Shown here: piece by piece, positions 1 through 7,819 of the stretch | Layout: each line of letters starts with the position of its first letter | Position numbering within the stretch: position 1 is the stretch's first letter | Assembly: GCA_040260805.1 (NCBI GenBank) | Contig: JBDQPD010000049.1 | Location: forward strand, 1 to 24,563 | Source: Myxococcota bacterium | GTDB lineage: Bacteria; Myxococcota; UBA4151 | DNA: 24,563 bases | Reading direction: 5' to 3' | Notes under the pieces: model-generated | Told to the model about the DNA's origin: nothing | The model's input: only the letters and a program-made list of their open reading frames with translations | Databases searched by the model: none | Translations under genes and position numbers: made by a program

Positions 1-432
1 GATGGCGCCTAAGCCAGCGTGAAAGTCTGCGTTGTAAGGATCAAGGGCGGTGAGGCCCTCAAAGAGCTTCTCGGCGTCGTCGTGCCGCTGTGCGTCGAGG
101 AAGCGTTGCCCTTGCGCAGCGATATCGTAGAGCTCTTCATGGCTGAGCGCATAGAGCTCGGCCAGATTGATCTCACCTTGCAAGAACAAGCGAGTGCGCG
201 TCTCAGGATCGATCTGCTGATGCAGACCAGGCTCGGGCGGAGCCGCCCGATGGGTTTGATAGGCAGGACGCTCTGCGGTGACGTCTGCTCGTTCAACCTG
301 GGGCTCAAGGCTAGACGCGACAGGAGCCGGCGCTAGGGCCGACTCCGTCGTTTGCTCTGCTTGCGGGCTCAGTTCTTCCAGGCTGAATGCTGGCTTCTCC
401 AGGTCCGAACGGCTGCCTTGATCGCCCCCCAT
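1..432 (-). CDS. SycD/LcrH/CesD-like type III secretion class II chaperone, TPR protein (3' end runs off window)
   Basis: Not in the ORF track. The ATG at 432-430 overlaps the TAA of the upstream gene (TAATG), and the frame stays open for 144 codons to position 1. Manual translation gives a ~75-aa Pro/Glu/Ala-rich leader, then RLFLQGEINLAELYALSHEELYDIAAQGQRFLDAQRHDDAEKLFEGLTALDPYNADFHAGLGAI. This fits the SycD/LcrH pattern (G..L.EL...S.EEL..I...G......DA...F..L..LDP....F..GLGA). Confidence 0.75.
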   Translation of the reverse strand, partial: MGGDQGSRSDLEKPAFSLEELSPQAEQTTESALAPAPVASSLEPQVERADVTAERPAYQTHRAAPPEPGLHQQIDPETRTRLFLQGEINLAELYALSHEELYDIAAQGQRFLDAQRHDDAEKLFEGLTALDPYNADFHAGLGAI

Positions 433-1787
433 TAGCGGAGCACCTGCGAGCCAAGCCAAGCAGAGCTTAGGTTGTCACTCAAGCTATCGAGCTGACCAAA
501 GACACCGAGCATCCCCATCACAGAGCTCTGCATGGCGGCGGTCTGCGATGCGGCGTTGAAGCCTGCAGCATACCCAGCACCAAAGAGCGCTGCGCCGCCC
601 ACAGGGCCGCCGTAGATGGAGTTGAAGCCGCCCATGTTGGTGACCGAGGTGGTCATGCCTAAATGCCCATGAAGCATGTGGTTCGCGAACTGTTGACCGA
701 GCTGTTCGAAGTGCTCAGGGCTTTGGTTCCACTGGCTCGTCATCAGGTTCGGCGTCAGCGTGGTCATCCCAAAGGCGTACACGTTCCAAGGGACGTCGAC
801 GGGACGAAAGCCAGCCCAGTTCGGATCGATCTTATCGCCGAGCTGGTAAGCGAGCGTCTTGTCGTCCTTACCCTTGCCTGCGCCGCTCATGACCTCACGA
901 CCGTTCTCAGCCCAGTCGTCACCGTCACCCGAGATCCGGAAGGTTTTTCCATCGTCGGTGCGCATGTCGTGAGCGAAGCCGTCACGAGTCACGTTGGTGA
1001 AGGTCGTCTCAAACTGCTGCTGCGCCTGCTGCGTCTCGGTGGTCGTGGTGCGAATCGTTCGCGCTTGGTTGTCCGTGCGGATTTGCTGCCCGCGACGACC
1101 TTGCCACTCCGTGCGACGGCTGGTCGACGTGGTGCGCCAATCACCGACGCTGCGTTCGACCTTACGATCGACCGTTTGCCACTCGGAGGCGGTCAGCTGG
1201 CTCGTCACGCCGACGTGCTTGTTGCCGTTATAGATATCGACCTGGTCGATGTGCAGGTCTTTACCAGCGCCCTTTTCGTGGATGGTGATCTTGGTGCCAT
1301 CAGGAAGATGAAACGAACCTGTTCCTTGGTAGCGCCAGACGTCGCCATCGGATTCGCGAACCACCGGGTCACGAGCCAGCTGACGCTCAACCGTCGCTTG
1401 CTGGCGCGTCTCGACGTTGTCCGTGGTGTTGACCAAGGTGCGATTGGGCGGCTCAGCCTTGAGCTGAGTCCACTTACCCTCTGGGGTCTTAATCCGGACT
1501 TTACCTTCTTTGACCGCGATCTCGTAGCCGCCGGGCGTCGACACCGTGCCTTTCGCCTTGTCCACCGCCAGATGACCGGAGTTGCTGAAGTCAGGGAGCG
1601 CCGCATAACCGACCGTGGTCGTTGCCGACCAAGGGGACATCGAGGCGTTGAGATCGCCAAACTGTCCGAGCATCTGCTGCATGGCATTGATACCGCCCAT
1701 AGGGCTCTGTGCCATCTGCTCTTGAGCCTGAGCGGCCCAGTGAAACCCTGTTAATCCTGTTTGCGCATTTGCACTTCCGACTTGCAT
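432..1787 (-). CDS. DUF1521 (MIIA-like) domain protein, candidate secreted substrate, 451 aa
   Basis: SD GAAGGAG 6 nt before the ATG. Segments STPGGYEI..VRIKTPEGK, RDPVVRESDG.VWRY...SFHLPDGTKITI..VDIYNGNK and VTRDG...DDWAENGREV resemble DUF1521 domains as I recall them. N-terminus is rich in Q/M/S/G with no signal peptide; C-terminus is Gly/Ala-rich and moderately hydrophobic. Confidence 0.6.
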   Translation of the reverse strand: MQVGSANAQTGLTGFHWAAQAQEQMAQSPMGGINAMQQMLGQFGDLNASMSPWSATTTVGYAALPDFSNSGHLAVDKAKGTVSTPGGYEIAVKEGKVRIKTPEGKWTQLKAEPPNRTLVNTTDNVETRQQATVERQLARDPVVRESDGDVWRYQGTGSFHLPDGTKITIHEKGAGKDLHIDQVDIYNGNKHVGVTSQLTASEWQTVDRKVERSVGDWRTTSTSRRTEWQGRRGQQIRTDNQARTIRTTTTETQQAQQQFETTFTNVTRDGFAHDMRTDDGKTFRISGDGDDWAENGREVMSGAGKGKDDKTLAYQLGDKIDPNWAGFRPVDVPWNVYAFGMTTLTPNLMTSQWNQSPEHFEQLGQQFANHMLHGHLGMTTSVTNMGGFNSIYGGPVGGAALFGAGYAAGFNAASQTAAMQSSVMGMLGVFGQLDSLSDNLSSAWLGSQVLR

Positions 1788-1852
1788 GGCTTGCTCCTTC
1801 GCTTGGATCAGAATGCCCTGAATGGGTCCGACTCCGTCAAGTGTCGTAGCAA

Positions 1853-1879
1853 GTATCGGTCATCTGACGTAGGCGTTGC
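1853..1879 (-). promoter_or_regulatory. Candidate sigma28 (FliA/WhiG)-type promoter
   Basis: Minus strand reads GCAA-N15-ACCGATAC versus consensus TAAA-N15-GCCGATAA. Spacer is exactly 15 nt; site lies ~65 nt upstream of the ATG at 1787. Confidence 0.35.
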
Positions 1880-1929
1880 GGAATTTTTGTGCGCTGCATC
1901 ACAGCGCCCATCAAAACACAGCTAAAAAG

Positions 1930-3201
1930 CTAATCCATCCGTGAGAACACCTCGTGAAGATCCCTCACATCAGGTGCTGGCCAGGGTCGTTGCGCTGCAA
2001 TTTTCCGGTGATGTAGATGATTCATGCGGACGAACTCAAGCTGACCTGCAACCGTCATTCGATCAGGATAGCGTCGGAAATTGACCACCTCGGAGTTAAC
2101 CGGAGGCCAGGTCCAATCACGCTCGATACTCTCCATACTTGCGATCCGAACAGGACACTCTAGGACCACCTCTGCCAACCGGTCGATGCCTGGAATCAGC
2201 GCCGCACCACCGGTTAGAACCACACCGTTTTCGGCGACTCTCCACCAGGCCTGAGTCGTTAACCGGTTCCGTATCCGTTGAAAAATATCTTCCAAACGAG
2301 CTTGCACGACTCGAGCCGCTTTGTGTCGACCAATCCGGCGTCTACCGATCGACAGGGAGGCCCCTTCAGGCTCGAGCTCTGAGACACCAGACAGGCCATC
2401 GACGATCACCTGATCCGCTTGCTCAGCGCTGAGATTGAAGATCTGCCGTAGGTCAGCGCTCAGGTGACGGCCGCCAGCTTGGACATGACCCATCCAGGTC
2501 GGTGCGCCCTCAGACCAAGCCGTCACTGAGGTGCACAGGTGACCCATATCAACCACGACGGCGCCTAGCTGCGCCTCGTCTCGAGTCAGCCCGCCCATGG
2601 CAGCCGCCAGGGGGCTGGCGATCAGCTCGGGTTTGGGTAATTCTGCGCGCTCACACACTCGGATCAGATTATCGGTGTGCTCCGACTGACAAAAGATCCA
2701 AAAGAAGCGAACACCGAGCCGATATCCAGCCAAGCCAACCGGGTCTTCGATCCCCGTTTGTCCGTCGAGCATAAATTCAGTGGGCAGCGCATGAATCAGC
2801 TTTTGACCCACCGCGATGTCCTGACTAAAGACGGCGTTCTCCGCCGCTCGAGAGAGATCACTGACCTCAACGGTCGGGTTCGAAATCCCCGCATGACCGA
2901 CCCCCGAGAAGCTAAACAGCTGGGTATCAGGCACACTCAAAACCAAACGGTCGACTTGATGTGCGCCGAGCTCTTCAGCCTGAGCGATCAAGCTGTTGAG
3001 CAGATCACCGCAACGATCGACCTCGACGATCGCACCATCGCTCGCAATCCCCTCAGAAGCCGCCGGAACATAGGCGAGCGCGCAGCCTTCATCGTCGATG
3101 AGCGACACTCGGGTGGTCTGACCTCCGAGATCAACGACCGCGGTGCATAGCCCAGACCGTCGCTGGCCCTGATCCTTAAACCAACTAAACCCGCTCACCA
3201 T
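1930..3201 (-). CDS. Second, divergent FtsA paralog, 423 aa
   Basis: Collinear with FtsA: VDLGGQTT; 1C domain LIHALPTEFMLDGQTGIEDPVGLAGYRL; ASPLAAAMGGLTRDEAQLGAVVVDMG; GGRHLSADL; VQARLEDIF; GVVLTGGAALIPGI; CPVRI. ATG overlaps the pncC stop. Confidence 0.85.
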   Translation of the reverse strand: MVSGFSWFKDQGQRRSGLCTAVVDLGGQTTRVSLIDDEGCALAYVPAASEGIASDGAIVEVDRCGDLLNSLIAQAEELGAHQVDRLVLSVPDTQLFSFSGVGHAGISNPTVEVSDLSRAAENAVFSQDIAVGQKLIHALPTEFMLDGQTGIEDPVGLAGYRLGVRFFWIFCQSEHTDNLIRVCERAELPKPELIASPLAAAMGGLTRDEAQLGAVVVDMGHLCTSVTAWSEGAPTWMGHVQAGGRHLSADLRQIFNLSAEQADQVIVDGLSGVSELEPEGASLSIGRRRIGRHKAARVVQARLEDIFQRIRNRLTTQAWWRVAENGVVLTGGAALIPGIDRLAEVVLECPVRIASMESIERDWTWPPVNSEVVNFRRYPDRMTVAGQLEFVRMNHLHHRKIAAQRPWPAPDVRDLHEVFSRMD

Positions 3202-3674
3202 GGCGCCTCACCTTCCAAGACCTGCGTCAAACCTTGAACGACGCAATCGACGGTCTGCTGTCGAACCGCCGATCGATCGCCATCAAACACGTGGACTTTG
3301 CGCCAGCGGTCTTGCCCGCACGACAAACCGATCCATACGGTGCCTACGGGCTTATCGGCGGTTGCACCGCCCGGACCTGCGATACCGGTCACCGCAGCAC
3401 AGACCGTTGCGCCGCTGAGGCGCTCGACACCGAGCAGCATGGACTCGACGCATGCTTCGCTGACGGCGCCATGAGCCAGCAACATCTCCTGGGACACGCC
3501 AAGGAGCTGTTCTTTAGCCTCATAGGAGTAGGTCACGACGCCTAGCCCAAAAGCAGATGACGAACCCGGCACCTCGGTCACTGCAGCGGCGATCAGGCCG
3601 CCGGTGCAGGATTCCGCTAAGGCTAGGTTCCAGCCTCGCTGAATCAATCCATCAACCAGGCGCTCGGCGCTCAT
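3195..3674 (-). CDS. pncC: CinA C-terminal domain protein / NMN amidohydrolase (PncC family), 159 aa
   Basis: LALAESCTGGLIA, VPGSS, YSYEAKEQLLGV, HGAVSE, TGIAGPGG, KPVGTVWIG. TGATG overlap with the ftsZ stop. Confidence 0.9.
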   Translation of the reverse strand: MSAERLVDGLIQRGWNLALAESCTGGLIAAAVTEVPGSSSAFGLGVVTYSYEAKEQLLGVSQEMLLAHGAVSEACVESMLLGVERLSGATVCAAVTGIAGPGGATADKPVGTVWIGLSCGQDRWRKVHVFDGDRSAVRQQTVDCVVQGLTQVLEGEAPW

Positions 3675-5716
3675 CAGCGACGCAGGAAAGGAGGCAGGTC
3701 CACATCCTCATCGATTCCGAGCAGGTTTTGTTGCCCTGAATGCTCGAGTTTGACCGGTTCGGATTGAATCATCTGCTGTCGAACAGGCGCCACGGGCGCC
3801 GCAGGAGCCCCCTGATGCTGCTGCATCGAGAACGGAGCGTGTTGGCTCGTCGTCGCAGCCACAACCGGCTGCGGAGGCGCTGCGGGCGCTTGAGCGACGG
3901 GCTGAGGCACCAACGAGGTCAGGTTCTCGATGTATTGACCCGATGGCTCGCCATCGGCGGTGCCCGCAAAGCCGAACAGGCGATTATCGCCGGGATCGAT
4001 CTCGGGCGCTGCGAACTGGACTGCGCTGCGTCGAACTGGGCGCCCCTCTTCTGCTCTTCGTACAGCGGCTGATGAATCATGCGATTCAGCGATCGCCGGG
4101 GTTGCGATGGGCTGTGAGACGACGGGTGCTTGTTGAGGAGCTTGCGCAATCGGCTGCGCTGGCATGGAGAATCCAGCCACCTCGGGAGCTTGCTCAATCG
4201 AAGCTTTCGGCGGATTGAAGCTCGCCTCGGTAGCGACGGCGGCGACCGCTGTGGTCTCTTCGGTCGGGGCGAGACCTAACTCGGCCTGCTGCGCCGCGCG
4301 GCGGATCGTTTGGTCGTCCAGATGATTCGCAGCGACTCGCGAGGGTGGCGCTTGATAGTCACTTTGAGCGCGGCGTTTGGCCAAGGCGTCCATGCGCTGC
4401 TGATGGCGCTCGGCGGCGGTGCCTAATCGCCAATCGGCAGACACCTCGGCGCGTGCGGTCACCTTTGCTGGGCGGACCCCACCGACAGCGGGCTGAGCTT
4501 GAGTCGCTTCGTCCGTCGGCTGCGCCACGCGAGGGTTCATATCAAAGCCGGTCGCGACGACGAGCACGGCGATGTCGTCGCCCAAACTTGGGTCCTCACA
4601 AAATCCGGTGATAAATTCAGCGTCTTCGTCAATGCCATCGGTCAACAACGCATTGATCTGGCGACTCTCACGTAAGGTCAACGCCTCAGAGCCGTAGCGA
4701 ATGTGGCACAGCACGCCGGTGGCGCCCTCCAGGGTAGCGTCCTCAAGCAGAGGCGAGCTGATCGCCGCGTTGAGCGCATCGTTCGCACGATTCGGCCCGC
4801 TTGCGGTTCCGATCCCGATCAGAGCGTTTTGTCGGTCTTCCATCACGGTTCGTACGTCTTGAAAGTCGACGTTGAGTTTACCGCGACCGGTTGCCGGCGC
4901 CTGCGCTAAGCAGACCATCCCGACGACCGCATCGCGCAGGACGCTGTCGGCGGTCTCGAAGCCAGCAGCAACCGAGTCGTTCTCGTTGCACAGTTTATCG
5001 ATGTGATCGTTGGCGACCACGACGGTCGAATCAGCGGCACGCGTCAAGGCTTCAAAAGCTTCCGTTGCGTTGCGCCGACGCCGCTTACCTTCCTCTGCGA
5101 AGGGCTTGGTCACGATCGCTACCGTCAAGCAGCCCATCTCACGTGCCATGTGGCAGATCTCTGGACCCGCACCGGAGCCGGTACCACCGCCGGCGCCAAA
5201 GACCACAAAGGCCATGTCGATATTCTGGAGATGCCGCTCGATTTCTGCGCGACTCTCTTGAGCGGCCAGAGCGCCCACCTCAGGCTTGCCGCCAGCGCCT
5301 CGACCTCGGCACAGCTCGGCACCGAGGACGATTCGATCCTGCACAGGGCAGAGATGAAGATCTTGAACGTCGGTGTTAAAGGCGACCATGGTCGCAGCTT
5401 CAAAGCCGGTCCGCACTAAGCTACCTAATGCGTTACACCCCGCCCCACCCACGCCAAGGACGGCGATCTTGGGACCCATCGCAAGATCATGGCTCCAGCC
5501 CTGGATCACGGGCTCATCCAGCGCCGTTTTGATGGCGATCTCTTGCCGCTGTTCAGGTTCGACAATGACCTCGTCGATGACCTCATCGATGACCTCCGAG
5601 ATGGGCTCATCACTGTAGAGCTCCGCCTCCTCGAGGCTGGGCTCATCACAGAAGAGCTCCGTCTCGTTGACGATCTCTTCATCCTCATCCACGAACTGAA
5701 CAAAATCGATGGTCAT
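3674..5716 (-). CDS. ftsZ: Cell division GTPase FtsZ with N-terminal acidic extension and long C-terminal linker (~680 aa)
   Basis: KIAVLGVGGAGCNA, NTD, GAGGKPEVG, tubulin signature GGGTGSG, PFxxEG, T7 loop NVDFQDV, C-terminal DLPPFLRR. Start placed at ATG 5716 (AAAGGA upstream); the ORF track starts at TTG 5752. Confidence 0.95.
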   Translation of the reverse strand: MTIDFVQFVDEDEEIVNETELFCDEPSLEEAELYSDEPISEVIDEVIDEVIVEPEQRQEIAIKTALDEPVIQGWSHDLAMGPKIAVLGVGGAGCNALGSLVRTGFEAATMVAFNTDVQDLHLCPVQDRIVLGAELCRGRGAGGKPEVGALAAQESRAEIERHLQNIDMAFVVFGAGGGTGSGAGPEICHMAREMGCLTVAIVTKPFAEEGKRRRRNATEAFEALTRAADSTVVVANDHIDKLCNENDSVAAGFETADSVLRDAVVGMVCLAQAPATGRGKLNVDFQDVRTVMEDRQNALIGIGTASGPNRANDALNAAISSPLLEDATLEGATGVLCHIRYGSEALTLRESRQINALLTDGIDEDAEFITGFCEDPSLGDDIAVLVVATGFDMNPRVAQPTDEATQAQPAVGGVRPAKVTARAEVSADWRLGTAAERHQQRMDALAKRRAQSDYQAPPSRVAANHLDDQTIRRAAQQAELGLAPTEETTAVAAVATEASFNPPKASIEQAPEVAGFSMPAQPIAQAPQQAPVVSQPIATPAIAESHDSSAAVRRAEEGRPVRRSAVQFAAPEIDPGDNRLFGFAGTADGEPSGQYIENLTSLVPQPVAQAPAAPPQPVVAATTSQHAPFSMQQHQGAPAAPVAPVRQQMIQSEPVKLEHSGQQNLLGIDEDVDLPPFLRR
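5565..5665 (-). repeat. Coding micro-repeats in the ftsZ 5' extension
   Basis: Two 36-nt-period copies (gggctcatcac at 5603 and 5639; ETELFCDEPSLE / EAELYSDEPISE) and three 12-nt copies (atgacctc..; EVID EVID EVIV). Confidence 0.75.
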
Positions 5717-5809
5717 TTGGGCTGCCGTTCCTTTCGATAAACCCTGGCGCAAAGTGCACCACTCTCTTCAATGCCACGGCCCAAGACCGGCCGGACTTTA
5801 GCGAGCCGT

Positions 5810-7063
5810 TCATCCACCTTGATGTGGGCCCGAGAAGATCTCTTTCAAGCGTCTGGAAATCTTGAAGAAACCTGTGGTCTCTCCATCCACGTGCCGGTGG
5901 CGACGGAAGGTCACTCCCACGTCATCGGCGTGATGCCTTGCGTACTGGCACAGGCCAATCGCCACAGCCGACTCAGGACCAACGCCCCGGTCATCAGCTA
6001 ATCGATGCGGCACACCTCGCCGCACGGGCAGATGCAACACTCGCTCAGCGAGCTCACTGATCCCGCGCAGGTTGGCACCTCCACCGGTAATCACGACGCC
6101 ACCACCAAGTTGGTCGCTGTAACCGCTGGTTTGCAGCGCGTGCAAAATACGCTCGAACAGGCGGCCGAGGCGATCTTCGATAAACTCAGCGATGCGGCGA
6201 CGCTCGACCTTACGGCTGGCGCGTCCACCGACCGAGGGCACCTCAACCATGTCGCCCTCTTCCACACGATGAGCCACCGCCATGCCCCACTCACACTTGA
6301 TGCGCTCCGCATCCATGAGGGGAGTCAGCAACTCGGCGCTGAGCTCTCGAGTCAAGGTCTCACCGCCCATTTCGAGGACCTGCGTGTGCTTGAGCTCGCC
6401 GTCCGAATAGATGGCAAGGTCGGTGGTTCCGCAGCCCAAGTCGACGACGCAGACTCCGAGATCCTTTTCGTCACTGTGCAGGACGCTGTAAGCTGAGGCG
6501 AGCGGCTCAAGGACGATGTCTTCGACCTCATAACCTGCCGCCTTGATACTCTGGACTGTGTTCTTAATGTTTGAGATCGCTGCGGTGACCACATGCACTC
6601 TGGCTGACAAGCGACGTCCCGCCATCCCGAGGGGCTCGCGAACGCCGTCGTGGTTGTCCACCGCATAGCTTTGGGGCAGCGAATGAATGACCTCACGATC
6701 GGCAGGAATAGCCTGCGTCTTTGCTGCTTCAATACAGCGGCGAACATCCGCTGGGGTAATGGCTGCGCCACGCACAGCGACCACACCTTCCGAATTGAGG
6801 CTCCGTATATTGCTGTTGGCTACGCCGACGGTCGCAGAGTCAATTTCGACCCCCGCTTGCGCCTCAGCCTGCTCGACCGCACGACGGATCGCATGGGCGG
6901 TGCGCTGAATATCGATCACCACCCCACGCCTCAAGCCATCACTCGGTACCGAAGCCGTCGCCAAAACATGGAGCCGGTCATCGCCAGCGACCTCGCCACA
7001 TACGGTGGCGACGACCTTACTCGAGCCGACATCTAAACTCACAAAAAGATCATCGAATTGCAT
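5810..7063 (-). CDS. ftsA: Cell division protein FtsA, 417 aa
   Basis: LDVGSSKV, GLRRGVVIDI, IHSLPQSYAVD..REPLGMAG, EPLASAYSVL..EKDLGVCVVDLGCGTT, AERIK, GVVITGGGA, and C-terminal amphipathic FFKISRRLKEIF. Confidence 0.96.
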   Translation of the reverse strand: MQFDDLFVSLDVGSSKVVATVCGEVAGDDRLHVLATASVPSDGLRRGVVIDIQRTAHAIRRAVEQAEAQAGVEIDSATVGVANSNIRSLNSEGVVAVRGAAITPADVRRCIEAAKTQAIPADREVIHSLPQSYAVDNHDGVREPLGMAGRRLSARVHVVTAAISNIKNTVQSIKAAGYEVEDIVLEPLASAYSVLHSDEKDLGVCVVDLGCGTTDLAIYSDGELKHTQVLEMGGETLTRELSAELLTPLMDAERIKCEWGMAVAHRVEEGDMVEVPSVGGRASRKVERRRIAEFIEDRLGRLFERILHALQTSGYSDQLGGGVVITGGGANLRGISELAERVLHLPVRRGVPHRLADDRGVGPESAVAIGLCQYARHHADDVGVTFRRHRHVDGETTGFFKISRRLKEIFSGPHQGG

Positions 7064-7075
7064 GGTTTTTGCCCC

Positions 7076-7819
7076 TTATGAACCACGCCTGACCACCACC
7101 CGATTGGGATGCTGCTCATCGTCTAAAATCACTCGATTGAAGCGCACCCGGCGCTTCTCCAAACCCTCACGAACCTGTTCCGCTTTGCGCAGCCGACTCT
7201 CGAATCGGTCGCGGCCTAACCTGTATTCCACGCCCTTGCGGTCAAAGACCGACACGCCGAGGTCGTGAACGCGTAGCTCCGACAGCTCGTCTTCGGAGCG
7301 CACTTTGGCGAAGCCGCGTCGCGCAGCCATCGCCATCTTGCGATCGGCCTCATCGTTTGCGCCCTGCACCAAGGGCTGACTCGAAGCGGAATGACGCAAG
7401 CCGATCATCCGCCCGTGGGCTGATAAATCGACCAGTCGCCCCTCAACGAGCGCTTGAGCGACCGGCTCATCGCGCCGCACGGTGATCCGCAAACGATCCG
7501 GCCAGACCTTCTGCACTCGCACGTTTCGAGCCCAAGGGATCAGGCGCACACGCTGAGCGACTCGGCCCTCGATAATCCGCCACAGATACTGACCTTTAGG
7601 CTCGGCGGCATAAAGCCGAACGACTTCCGCTTGAGCCACCTCAACCCCAACCACATCGATCTCCTGGAGCCGAAACAAGCTGCCACCTACAGCCACCCGA
7701 AACGTCCACGCCAACAACCCAATACAGAGCAAGGCCAGGAATACCGTCGTCCAACGACGGTCTTCGGCGGCGCGAGCCCAAAGGGTAGGATGCTGAGTCA
7801 CGTTAGAAGCCCCCGACAA
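7076..7819 (-). CDS. ftsQ: Cell division protein FtsQ/DivIB (start uncertain)
   Basis: Single TM segment, then POTRA-like FRLQEIDVVG...IPWARNVRVQKVWPDRLRITV; located directly before ftsA. Confidence 0.85.
   Translation of the reverse strand: MSGASNVTQHPTLWARAAEDRRWTTVFLALLCIGLLAWTFRVAVGGSLFRLQEIDVVGVEVAQAEVVRLYAAEPKGQYLWRIIEGRVAQRVRLIPWARNVRVQKVWPDRLRITVRRDEPVAQALVEGRLVDLSAHGRMIGLRHSASSQPLVQGANDEADRKMAMAARRGFAKVRSEDELSELRVHDLGVSVFDRKGVEYRLGRDRFESRLRKAEQVREGLEKRRVRFNRVILDDEQHPNRVVVRRGS

Noticed and set aside
9..336. ORF-track calls 9..308 (-) and 19..336 (+)
   Set aside because: Both overlap the better-supported TPR chaperone frame (432 to <1) and have no recognisable motifs.
663..1754. 363-aa plus-strand ORF
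   Set aside because: Antisense shadow of the 451-aa gene, which has a clear SD and domain-like motifs. Long shadow ORFs are expected in GC-rich DNA.
1891..1907. Hairpin as intrinsic terminator of the dcw operon
   Set aside because: On the minus strand it is followed by ACAAAAA, not a U-tract; kept only as an unexplained inverted repeat.
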